64,000 nt of DNA from Paraspadella gotoi (taxonomy: Eukaryota; Animalia; Chaetognatha), in contig CM119263.1 of assembly GCA_051294375.1 (NCBI GenBank), positions 26,883,525 to 26,947,524 of the forward strand. Reading direction: 5' to 3'. The notes beneath the pieces are model-generated. The model worked only from the letters and a program-made list of their open reading frames with translations. It had not been told where the DNA came from and searched no databases. The translations under genes and the position numbers were made by a program. Shown here one piece after another: positions 42,097-57,700 of this stretch (the stretch's first letter is position 1; the number at the start of each line of letters is the position of its first letter).

Positions 42097-42190
42097 AATT
42101 TTCTATTACAGTCTAGCCACAATTTTCTATACATGTATTGTTTTTCATTTTTAAAATTATATAGCTGGTTGCTACGTATCAAAGATAATT
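42097..42190 (+). repeat. 94-bp direct repeat, copy 2
   Basis: Matches 36771-36864; preceded by a perfect 26-bp palindrome AATCGAACTTTAATTAAAGTTCGATT (42066-42091). Confidence 0.92.
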
Positions 42191-42239
42191 AAAATTAATA
42201 ATTAAATTTAATAATTTAATAATTAAAATTAACTCAAAT

Positions 42240-42395
42240 ATTTAACCCTCAACCCATAACTCAATCATTAACTCTAATCCCTAACAATAATTTAACCCTA
42301 ACTCAAAATTTAACCCCTAACCATAAACGTTAATCATTAATCCTAATTCCTAAGCCTTGCTACTAACCTAATCCCTTATCGTAATCTCTAACCAA
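42240..42395. repeat. Degenerate (TAACCC)-like tract
   Basis: TAACCC/CCCTAA/CTCTAA variants. Confidence 0.55.
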
Positions 42396-43083
42396 TTAAT
42401 CTTACTTAAAAACTAGCTTAATTTAGAATTTTTTGTTTTATCCCTATTTCTTTGTTCCATTTTTCCGGTTTTTTCTTTTCCGTTTTAACCTTTGGACTTT
42501 ACTTTCCTTCTTTTTCTTATGTAATCTATATTTTCTCTGCACGCAAAAAAAAAAAGAACATATCGCGCCATCTTTCGTGCGAAGAAGCAACGAAACTGTC
42601 GTTCTGTAAAATAAGGCATTGCGGAAATCATTTCGACAGACGGAAATATGTTGTATAGCGAATTTGAATTACAATAAAGTAACTTGCAATGTCGACGTCC
42701 ATTCTGCCGATAGGTTTGATCGGCCTCAGCGACATTGACGATCGCCGACCAAACTACCGACTAATGGCGGTGACGGCGCTGCTTTGCTGTTCTCCCTGCG
42801 GGTTCGTTCAATCGAAATCCAGTCCGGAAATAACGAAATCGTGACAAACATGGAGTTCTCGGTTTTAGCGAACGGAATCATAAATGTTTTGTTCGTTTGC
42901 GACCAATAGTTAAAATAGTATATCGAGATACATACAGAAAAACACAAAAATTATAGTTATACAAATAAAAAACTATAAATAATACGTTAAAATCAAAAAC
43001 CGTACAATATCTAAAATAGTAAATATTTTTGCCTGATTTTCCACAATTTCCTGTTCAGAATCATTTCCTGCTGTTATTCCCTT

Positions 43084-43508
43084 ATGTCTGATGCGTCGTC
43101 AGAATCAGGAAAACCAGGTGAGTCAAAAAACCTTACTCCGAAGACGCCCATTAATTGTTTCTTTACAATATTTATAGTTATTTAGTATATAAAACTGGTA
43201 CAACCAATATAAAAATTATCCATTCATTTAACTTTGGACGACAGGCTTTGGTGGTTTCAGGCCTCAATCAAAATTTACAATAATTTTACTATAAATAAAA
43301 AAATTTTTTCGATTCAAGAGGGGTGGTATTAATTATTTTAATTTTAGGAGAGGCGCGCCAACGAGGCAAGATGGCTTGCTACTGGGCAATAGCCGCTTAC
43401 ATCTTTACTTTCATCTTTTTATGTGGCGCCATCTATTACGTCAAATTTCTCAAGGACGACGACGAAGAGGATGACGCAAAAGTGACGACGATGGCACCGA
43501 ACGGTTGA
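43084..43508 (+). CDS. Two-exon 64-aa single-pass membrane micropeptide
   Basis: Exon 43084-43117 (CAG|GTGAGT) joins 43348-43508 (TTTTAG|) in frame: MSDASSESGKPGEARQRGKMACYWAIAAYIFTFIFLCGAIYYVKFLKDDDEEDDAKVTTMAPNG*. Confidence 0.7.
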
Positions 43509-43828
43509 GAATCGAGCTGCTGCTTTGTATTTTTTACTGCTATATTTATGGCATTATTTTAACCAAAAATATATGAATTGCTTTCGTTTGAATATCGTGT
43601 CTGATATTTCCGGTTCGACTTTTAACACATAAAAACGTTCGTTTTTCGCTCACTAAATTTCCTTATTTGTGGTGTCTTGCGCTTTTTAACTCGTTTAATC
43701 CGTTCAATTTTTTATTAAAAATCATTTTAAAAATGAGTTTTTTATTATATGAAATTGGTACAACTAATATAAACATTAGAAGAAGCGATACAATATTTAT
43801 TCAATGAAACAGCTCAGGGTATATGCAA

Positions 43829-46800
43829 CTAAAGTTTAAAAAGAAGGTTAGCTGCGAGAACCAAAGCGCCATCTTCGATTTTGAGTTGATGATCTTTTAT
43901 CTCGATCTTTCCGCCTTTAATGTTGGGAAGTTCAATACCCTTAGCGCCGAATCGGTTCAGAGCCGCCAACCCATATCGCTGCGCCGCCATGTTGATAAAA
44001 CTGAAAGAAGGGGAAAACAAAAGGACAATATTGATTAAGCATTACGTAGATGTAAAATTTTGTAAAAACAAGATTAAGTTGGATATCTCAGAGAGAAAAA
44101 AATTGCTTAGTTATCTTTGAATTTTAAAAATTTACTTTATTATTGTCAATTTGTAATAAAGAAAAAGAAACTAACCTTCTAATTTGTTGCTCTTTTGATT
44201 GTGAGATCGAAGGTCGAATCAGATCAACGTTGACATTAACATTGGAGAAAGTGAAAGTGAGACGCCGCCCATCGGACGAGAGAGTCGGCATGGCGGAGAT
44301 CTGGCGGGAACAAAAGGGAAACAGGATTTAAGTAATAATCAATCATTAGTTAGAAAAATAGAACAAATAAGAGAAACTCGAGAATGATATGCCTATTGCG
44401 TACAGTAAAATCTCTCTCTTTTTATTGTCATATTTCTCATCTCAAGTTGTCCCGTTTTTGTTTTTTTTGCTCGCGGCCGTGGCCAACACGTACTATTTAT
44501 TGGTCTTTGTATTTAAATTGTTTTATTTTCTTATATTTTTATGGGGATAATATTCAACAAAATCATTACGGCATTCCATTCCATGCCTTGAAAACATTGA
44601 CGTTTTAATTTTTATAATAACCTTTTCTAAACACCCATGCAAAATCTTATTATCTTTATTTTTTTCAACTTTTTTAATCTCTCGCTTTTTTATCTTGTTT
44701 CATGTTTTTTGCTTCTTTCTTCCTCTCTTTCTCTCCCTTATTAACGAACCAATGTTGACCCATCCGCTCTCACCGTTGCGTTGACGACGACGCTGACCAA
44801 CTCGTTCAGTCTCCCCGCGACATCTGCGACGACTTTGACTTGAGCGCCTCTGACGTCGAGAGTGAGACCTCTGGCGGCGGAAAAGAACATCTTGGGAGCT
44901 TGGGCGACGTCGAAGTTGAAGGCGGCGGAGGCGGAGCCGCAGGAGGGGTTGCCCTGGCAGAATTGGTCTGAAGGATGGAAAGTTCGGAGGTGAAAAGGTG
45001 ATTAATGGTTATTTCGTTAATTCAAGTGTTTGTTGGATTTTTTGAAATTTTTAGTCATATTTCAAAATTATATGCATGTAGCAATATCATCAGTAGTCAC
45101 AGGTAACTTTTTTATTCCATCCAAAGTATGATAAAACTTTTCTTTCTTCATTAAAATAAAATCAACAAAAATAATACCAAAAAAATAAACAACCTACAAA
45201 ATTAAAGAAAAACTAACATATACCTTATAAACAAACAAAAAATAATGAATAATAACAACAAAAAACAGATGAAAACAAAAACAAACAACGAAACGACCAC
45301 CAACCCCCCCCTTTTTACCGAGAAGCCTTTTGACGGACTGTTCCTTGGCGATGTCCCCCGTGGAGAAGCTCTGCCTCGCGAGGCCCTTGGAGTGCGCCGA
45401 GTAGAGGAGGGAGTTGGCAACGAAGTCGCTGATCACGAGGTAGAAGTGTTTCGACGATCCGGTGGAGGGCGTTGGGGAGACGGAGAAGGGGAAGTTGGAG
45501 ACGGAGTTGGGGACGGGGTGGACTTCGCCGCGGAACCTGGAGAAGAGAGAAAGATGGATTTGATGGATGGATAGAGAGATAGATAGGTAAATAGAGAGAG
45601 ATATATATATGCACTTTATGCAGAGGGATAGAAAGGCGAGGGATAGATACTTAAATCATAGAGGGATAAATATGAAGATAGATTTATAGGTAGACAGATA
45701 TATAGATTGATAAAAAGATATGCCGATAGACAGAAGGATAGATTTCTATATATAGATAGAGAGATAGACAGATTGCTATCTACATCTACAAATATGCATT
45801 TATAATCAGATAGATACGTTGATTGATACTGGAAAATAAACAAAATTAATAATATTTAGTTGGCGTTCAATGATTGAGCCCTGATTTTCGGATCGACCCC
45901 TGACAGCCGAAAAAAAAACCTCACCTGAGGTTGGTGAATCCGTTCCCGTACTGCGGATCGAGTAGGCCGTAGTCGGCGAGGAACTCTTGGCCTTCGATGT
46001 CGAAAGTGTCGCTCGTCTTCATGTTGGGGAAGATGCCGGCCGACCAATCGTGGAGAGCGCGGCCGGCGGCGGAGCAGACTTGAGGCGGGATCATGGCTTC
46101 GATCTTGCCTTTGAACCGACCTGATTGGGACAAAGGATGGATCTGTTGAGATCTCTTTCAAATAATCAATAATTAGAGATATTTTTTAATGAATCATTAA
46201 GTAAATAAATAAAATAAATAGGCCAATCGATAAAACACCTTCCTATTTATGCCTGAAATAAACCGTGAAGGATTTAAATCTCCAAATCATTTATCACCTG
46301 CGATAAAGTTGTAGAGCCAAGCGAATCCCGATCCTCTAATTTTCACTTTGACGGAATCGAATTTGGCGCAATCGCTGCGCAACGCAGATGTCGGAAAAAC
46401 CGCCAATTTTCCTGTAAACGAAGGCGAAATTAAATCATTTCTAAAAACAGAAATATATATACATACAATATATACAGCAGTCCCTCAGCTTAGTATCAAA
46501 TTTTTACAGCGAAGCGACCCTTTTTTTTTAAATCCTGAAATGCGACTGTATACTCAAATTTTCACCCAACCCCCCGGTTCCAAACTTCCCCCCGTCCCTT
46601 ACTCCCTCTCCCCCCTCAACCTTTACAACTCTCACCGTTAGTGGTCGTGGGCTTCAAGGTGGCAGCGAACCTGAGTCTTTTGGAACTCAACATCGAAATA
46701 ACCGTCGTCGCTGACACGAAACCATTTTCTTTTGTATCTGTACCACCAATCGGCGCGCATGTCCAAGTGATCGAAGCTCAGTTCCCATTGGAGACCCTGG

Positions 46801-47552
46801 AGACAAAGGACAAATGAAGAGTGAATAAGACTCAAAAAAACGTGAGATGAAAGGTTGAAAGAGACGAGAAAAAATGACGATAAATAAATAACGATAAATA
46901 ACGATTAGAAAAAAAAAGTAATAAAAATTGAACCTCGCAAATAAAATTAATTATTAACTATTAAAAGAAAATGAAAATTAAAGTTTACGAAAACAGAAAC
47001 AAAATAGAAATAAACATATTCGAATAAATGTAAACAACAACATTGGTTGCTTAGTAATACCGCTGTGGTGGGAGTGATCTTCGAAGGTCCCACTACGACT
47101 CGAGTCAATCGGACGTTGGTGACGCGATAATCCGCGTGATTTTTGTTTCCGGAAAAATTCGGGATCGACAAACTGTTTATCTGAAAATGAAACAAAAATG
47201 TTAAGTTAAAAGTGTTTTGTTTTGTTTTGTTTTTTAAATGGTAATTTTAAACAAATTTATAAATTAAGAGTGATGAACTACGAATTTTCAACCTTCTGAT
47301 TAATGACGGTCTTGAGAACAGAATTAATGTAGTTGAATCCATTCGCCGTCACTTTGGCGTGGATGGCGCCGTTGGGATTCGAACCGCTGCGCCGTGGGGA
47401 ATTTTAAGTTGTTTAAATTTAATCATATTAAAACTATTAAAACTCTTATAAGTTTTGTAGGTATTTGAGGTATTCTACCTGCAATAACCAAGCGAAAATA
47501 TCACAACGATTCCAATCGCAGAGATCGCGAAAAAATGCAATTTAGTCGCCAT
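43829..47552 (-). CDS. BPI/LBP (TULIP) family secreted protein 1, multi-exon
   Basis: Signal peptide; NPNGAIHAKVTANGFNY; WWYRYK..SDDGYFDV; AWLYNF; ADYGLLDP; YLVISDFVANSLLYSAH; GIELPNI...ALVLAANL. Confidence 0.88.
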
Positions 47553-47972
47553 CGTGTCGAGGAGTGAATCTCTTCGAAAGTTGTGAATTCCTGTTACGTT
47601 CACGCCGATATTTAAATTCTCTATCGAAATTTCGCGAAATCCGCGATGATTAGTTTTACATCCTCCTCCTCTTCCTCTTCCTCCTCCTCTTCCTCCTCTT
47701 TCTTTTTCTCCTTTCAGTGACGACACTTGAGGGGGGGGGCCATAACTCGAAAACAAGGATGAACTTTGGAGCGAAAACTTTATTTAAAAAGGGTCATCAG
47801 GAACTAAAATGTTTTAAAGAAAAAAGAAAAAAAAAAACGAACCCGGATATACAAGATTGAAGGTTCAGAATGTATTTTTAGTAGCAGCAGTAAATTCAAT
47901 GAAACGGCGGGAAAAACAATATCGTGTGAATAACATTGTCGGGATGACCTGTCTATTTCCCTATCTTTACTT

Positions 47973-48040
<68 letters not shown>

Positions 48041-48057
48041 TCTCATCATCTCTCTCT

Positions 48058-51409
<3,352 letters not shown>

Positions 51410-51689
51410 TGAAATGATTTTTAGTTTAAAAGTAACAGATATTGCTCATGAAAGCTTCGGCGTGCAGTTTCAGCTACTTTTGCCCTTTTGGCTTGTTTTA
51501 AATTTTGAAAACTATTAAACAGTAATAATTTCTACAATATTGAAGGATTTAAAGATTTTTAAAAATAAATGGCATTCTTTTATAATTAAATAATTGAAGT
51601 TTTTTAATAGGAATTGTGTTAATGAGGTTTGCGATATCTGTTAAAAACTCCATCATACATGAATGAACAAGTTTTTTTTAAAGTATTGT

Positions 51690-52320
51690 AAGTCGTGATA
51701 ATCCAGGAGAACTTTGATTTGCTGCGACGTAGCCTGTAGAAAACGAAATGAATTTTTTAAAAACAATATTCATTTATTTAAAACATCGTTCCCAAACCTG
51801 TAGGCTGAGGTAACTGTCCTCCAGATTGGCAAGTTGCGAGTTGACCAATAGACGAACTTTTTCGTTATTTCTTTTAGATTCGATGAATTGACGACCCTGA
51901 ATAAGTTTCTCAATTCAATTTTCGTTTTAAAAATTGGTTGTATCTTAATATACGAATGTTATTAGAAAATACAGACTAATGATTGAGAGTCAGTTCAGTT
52001 ATGCAGCAACAGTTAGTCAATCAGCCAGCCAACTCTCAAGTCTTCGATAACTTAACTCACGGTCAAACTTCTCCCGCCCTTGGACGACGCCCCGATGGAG
52101 TCCTGGAGATCCTCAATCTCTCCGTCACCGAGACGCAGGCTTCCCTTCGCGTCTCGATCGTCTGTCAACTTCGGTTCATCGTTCTCCCAACCAAGACACG
52201 GCGCTTCATAGGCGGAGTCGTAGTCGCCGAGCGAAGAAGCGTCTAGAAGGCGGGTGGATTAGGCGAAATTTAAATTCCTTTCTCTAATCTCTTCTCTCGT
52301 CTCTCTCTTCTCTCGTCTCC

Positions 52321-52368
<48 letters not shown>

Positions 52369-52713
52369 CACTTTTTCTCCTCTTTTTATCCATCTGTCAC
52401 CAACAGTCCTTCTGCGACTTTAATTAAAGATTTTTTTGTAAAAAATCCGATTAAGATTTTTCTTTACTCCATAGTATTCTAGCGATCCCCAGAATATTCT
52501 TAAATAATAAGATTGAGCAGTACCCCGTTCCAACGTCGCTATTGCTGACTGAACGCCGGACAGCGCCGCCTGGAATCGGTTCCTCAAAGCCTCGACCGGC
52601 GTTGATTTGTCGCCGGCGCTCTCTTCCGGCGCCACGAGACGCAGACTACGCAGTCGATCGTCGACGACGTCGATCTTTTCGCGACGACGGCTCAACAACT
52701 CCGTGCGGAGGTC
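51690..52713 (-). CDS. 3' fragment of a coiled-coil/spectrin-repeat-like gene
   Basis: Spliced GC-rich exons DLRTELLSRRREKIDVV...IATLER and GRQFIESKRNNEKVRLLVNSQLANLEDSYLSLQ. One exon needs an indel; the upstream part is lost in N gaps. Confidence 0.4.
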
Positions 52714-54765
52714 CTGAAAGGAGGAGGAATGAAAGCATTGGCGAGGATGATAATTAGACTTGTTGAGACTTGACCCATAATGATGAGAGAAACTTAGAGA
52801 AAGCGATGAGGGGGTGAAAGTCATGGACCAAAAGGAAGACAAAATAAAAATTAATGATTGATTTTCCTGGCCTCTTTCATCAACTGACAAATAAGTTTTT
52901 TTTTTACTTTTAAGTCGGTGCCGTTTACATTTTTGACGACTCAATCTCATCTCTAATAAAACGTTGNNNNNNNNNNNNNNNNNNNNNNNNNNNNNNNNNN
53001 NNNNNNNNNNNNNNNNNNNNNNNNNNNNNNNNNNNNNNNNNNNNNNNNNNNNNNNNNNNNNNNNNNNNNNNNNNNNNNNNNNNNNNNNNNNNNNNNNNNN
53101 NNNNNNNNNNNNNNNNNNNNNNNNNNNNNNNNNNNNNNNNNNNNNGCTGGGTTCACGTTGCTCCTTTATCAAAAATAATAGCAACGAACGAAAAAGAAAA
53201 CCTTTTTTACCACAGATAACGAAAGTGATGAATAACAAAAGCNNNNNNNNNNNNNNNNNNNNNNNNNNNNNNNNNNNNNNNNNNNNNNNNNNNNNNNNNN
53301 NNNNNNNNNNNNNNNNNNNNNNNNNNNNNNNNNNNNNNNNNNNNNNNNNNNNNNNNNNNNNNNNNNNNNNNNNNNNNNNNNNNNNNNNNNNNNNNNNNNN
53401 NNNNNNNNNNNNNNNNNNNNNNNNNNNNNNNNNNNNNNNNNNNNNNNNNNNNNNNNNNNNNNNNNNNNNACAAAGTGTGGAACTTTTACTATTTGGCCTT
53501 GATTTTGATATGGGTATGGAATTACCGGGTTTTCAAACTCTTTCTGTACTTTTCTTTAAAAAAATTATTTGAAGTAATAGAACCTTTTATTTTATAATAA
53601 AAATTGGTATCAATGTAAAATAATGTTTCAAGAACCAAATTCATTCATTGCAATCATGAATCAATCAATGAATGGCTCTTAAGGGACCCTTTAGCAATTG
53701 CGCTCAGCTGCAATGAGCCTTGAGCTACAGCATTGATGTGTTTAGCGAAAAAATAATTGTTCGCCCAAGTTGATAGGTGTATCATTTATCTATTTCCAGC
53801 ATTATATTTATTTATTGAGTCATTAACAAATCCATAGTGCCAGGATAATTTAATAAATTGGATTTCCCCCTAGTTTTTCCTCTTTGACAAATATCCAAAA
53901 AGCAAGAATTACTCCATTAATTAATCAATAAGAAACGGAATCTCGGTGTCAAATTAAAGGCAAGACCCAACAGATTACAAATCTAAATTTATTCTNNNNN
54001 NNNNNNNNNNNNNNNNNNNNNNNNNNNNNNNNNNNNNNNNNNNNNNNNNNNNNNNNNNNNNNNNNNNNNNNNNNNNNNNNNNNNNNNNNNNNNNNNNNNN
54101 NNNNNNNNNNNNNNNNNNNNNNNNNNNNNNNNNNNNNNNNNNNNNNNNNNNNNNNNNNNNNNNNNNNNNNNNNNNNNNNNNNNNNNNNNNNNNNNNNNNN
54201 NNNNNNNNNTGGCACAAAGGTATAGTATAGTATTAGTATAGTAATTACGCCATTAGATGAGGAAAAATAATTTTTTTAATCAACAAAGATGGTTTAATAA
54301 TAATCAGCGCTGATGAAGACTTGTACTGCAAAATCGAAATATGTCTGATTTATTGTTACATAAAATTATTACGTTACATTATTGTTTTCTCAACAAGGTC
54401 ACTTGTTCATGTTTGCTGTTGGACACTTTTATGAGCATAACAACATTTCGACAATTTAAAAGACTAAAATTGGTNNNNNNNNNNNNNNNNNNNNNNNNNN
54501 NNNNNNNNNNNNNNNNNNNNNNNNNNNNNNNNNNNNNNNNNNNNNNNNNNNNNNNNNNNNNNNNNNNNNNNNNNNNNNNNNNNNNNNNNNNNNNNNNNNN
54601 NNNNNNNNNNNNNNNNNNNNNNNNNNNNNNNNNNNNNNNNNNNNNNNNNNNNNNNNNNNNNNNNNNNNNNNNNNNNNNNNNTTTTAAAAAATAAGATCAT
54701 TTTTCTTGCGTTCTTTATACGATTTTTCTGGAATCAAATGATCTCAAATTCTCTCCGGATTTCCA

Positions 54766-57700
54766 GGATATCTGACGGAATTGTTCACCGTGGTGATGTC
54801 GCAGGTAGAGCGCTCTACCGGAGGCGTCGTCGGCGAGGCGGCCTTTAAGATCGCCATGTCCATCGTCGCCTNNNNNNNNNNNNNNNNNNNNNNNNNNNNN
54901 NNNNNNNNNNNNNNNNNNNNNNNNNNNNNNNNNNNNNNNNNNNNNNNNNNNNNNNNNNNNNNNNNNNNNNNNNNNNNNNNNNNNNNNNNNNNNNNNNNNN
55001 NNNNNNNNNNNNNNNNNNNNNNNNNNNNNNNNNNNNNNNNNNNNNNNNNNNNNNNNNNNNNNNNNNNNNNNNNNNNNNNNNNNNNNNNNNNNNNNNNNNN
55101 NNNNNNNNNNNNNNNNNNNNNNNNNNNNNNNNNNNNNNNACCACCTTTCGAAAAAACATTTCCAAGTGTCCTAAAAAAACGAACCTTGCCGAGACCTGAA
55201 ACCAAATTTATATAATTTATAATTTATAACAGAAACGAAAAAAGACACATAAATTGATAAAAGCAAAAAATCATAAAACGAAAGCGAAAACAACGACGTG
55301 TCTGATGACAGACGGGATAGAGGGTATTAGAAGAGAGAGGATTTCTTATATATGCTCGACTGGCAATGAAGCCTGAGCTACAGCATTGGAATGTGTTAGC
55401 GGAAAAAATAATTGTTCGCTCCAAGTTGATAGGTGTGACTCATTTATCTATTTCCAATACATTAATATTTATTTATCTGACTTCTTAACAAATCCATAGT
55501 GCCAGGATAATTTAATAAATTGAGGATTTCCCCCCTAGTTTTTTCCTCTTTGGGAACAAATATCGCAAAAAGGAGCATCCAGGAAAATATAACTATACCT
55601 CATTATATTATATCAATATAGAACAGGTAATGCTCTGGGTGTCAAATTAAAGGCAAGACCCCAACACGAGTAGGCAAATCTAAATATTATTCTACTGGTC
55701 TACGACTTAGTGGTTTGGATTTGGGGTCAGTTTAAAAACGTATAACTTAAAGGTCACATTTCAACTTTTCTTGCGCACAGAAAAAAATTGACGACATGGC
55801 ACAAATGGTATCAGGGGTAAGTATTTAGTATAGCTGCACACACGCCATTAGAATTGAGGTAAAAAATAATGTTTTTTAAATCAGACAAAGATGGGTTTAA
55901 TAATAATCAGCCGCTGATGAAGACTTGTCTGGCAAAATCGAAATATGCTGATTCATTGTTTACAATAAAATTATTAACGTTACATCATTTATTGTTTTTC
56001 AACAAGGTCACTTGTTCATGTTTGCTGTTTGACACTTTATGAGCATGGTGTTAAGTACCTATATACATAGCGACCCGAACTCCTCGAAGAAGAGTAAAAC
56101 GATACAGTGCTACATATATATAGCGCGAAGTAGATGAACAAAAATATAATATAGAAAGCTTATATTGTTATATATACGAAGATCATTTTTACAGTATTTC
56201 CGTTGATATACGCAATCAGTAGTAATTCTGAGGAATCAATGTCTCAATTACTCTTCTCGATTCCAGGATGATCTGCGGAAATTGGTTTCGTACCGTGTGA
56301 GCCGACAGGTAGACGACGCTCAGGCTAAACCGGAGCTCGTAGGCGAGGCGGCCTTTAAGACGCCATTCCATTGGTCGATCTTCAACGGGACGGATGCGCA
56401 CAAGGAGGTAGGGCAAACTGAGCTCGCGTTCTCATAAACGCGCACACGCCAACAGTATCAGGGTGAACGGGTGAAATCGAAAACGAACAACGAAAACAGA
56501 CGAATTGACCAACTGACCACATAGCGCCCAGACTACAGAACTGACACACCTTCGAAAAAACATTCTCCAAGTGTCCTAAAAAACGAACCTTCCGAGACCT
56601 AAACCAAATTTATATAATTAATTTATAACAGAACGAAAAAAGACACATAAATTGAATAAAAGCAAAAATCATAAAACACGAAAGCGAAACAACGAAACGT
56701 GTCTGATGACAGGATGGTGATTAGTTCTCGGCTCCAGGAATCTCGTTCAAAAGCAGAACAATTGTACGGCGAAGCGGCGACCATCGCTGACGAGACCTCT
56801 CGGGCATCCCACGCGTCTGGGCTTCAACGGACAAGAGAGCGCATCTGCCTATTCGAGGACTTTGGACACGTGAGCCACGCCTCTTCGATCGCCTAGGATT
56901 CAAAATCCGGCATCTCAAGGGTAAAAAAGGGTGAAGCCACGCATTTAAACTGAATTTAGCGCTGACGGAGAGAGAGTGGACATATTAGTATAGAGTAGTT
57001 TATATATAGTTTATTATTGAGAGAATGCATTATTATGTAACGAGTTATCTATCCTTTATAGCGCCGCCGAGGGACTTGTAAATGGCGGTCCAGGTGCTGG
57101 CGATGTGGTACATGATCGCCTATATCCATCGATCAACCGAAGACTGTAACGGAATTCGAGAGTTTTTCCTCCATCTTCGTCACTTCGGTGCTGTGAGTGT
57201 CGCGATCCGATCTTGCCTCGGGTGTCGCAGGTTTAAGAGCTCCCCCGCCCCTCGACAGGGCGGCCTAAACTTGATGTCATTCGGGAATGAACGTTGGAAC
57301 AATTGCTTCGAAGTCGATCCGGCGAGAGGCGATGATCGAGAATCATCGAGACTCGAAGCCCACATCATTCCACTGGGAACTCGGGATTGCATCCGACAAA
57401 GTCGTCGGCGACATCCGCTTCCGAAGACGTCGTCTTCGCTTTATCCGACCGAGGAAGACGAGATGTCATATTACCAGGTNNNNNNNNNNNNNNNNNNNNN
57501 NNNNTCGGACGTTTCTGTTGGTTTTTAATTTTTGCTCGTGTAAAAATTGTAATGCTATGTGTTTAGTGTAACTTAACCTTCGACCAGGGCTGACGTTGAA
57601 TATTGAATCTGGGAAAACTTACGCTTTGGTGGGAGAATCGGGAAACGGAAAATCCACCGTCGTGCAACTCATCTTGAGGTCAATTTTCATAAAAAAATTT

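Noticed and set aside
53690-56710. Apparent tandem duplication (about 53690-55300 vs 55360-56710) including an ABCB exon
   Set aside because: The second copy differs by scattered single-base indels and sits among N gaps, typical of raw long-read gap fill; likely an assembly artefact.
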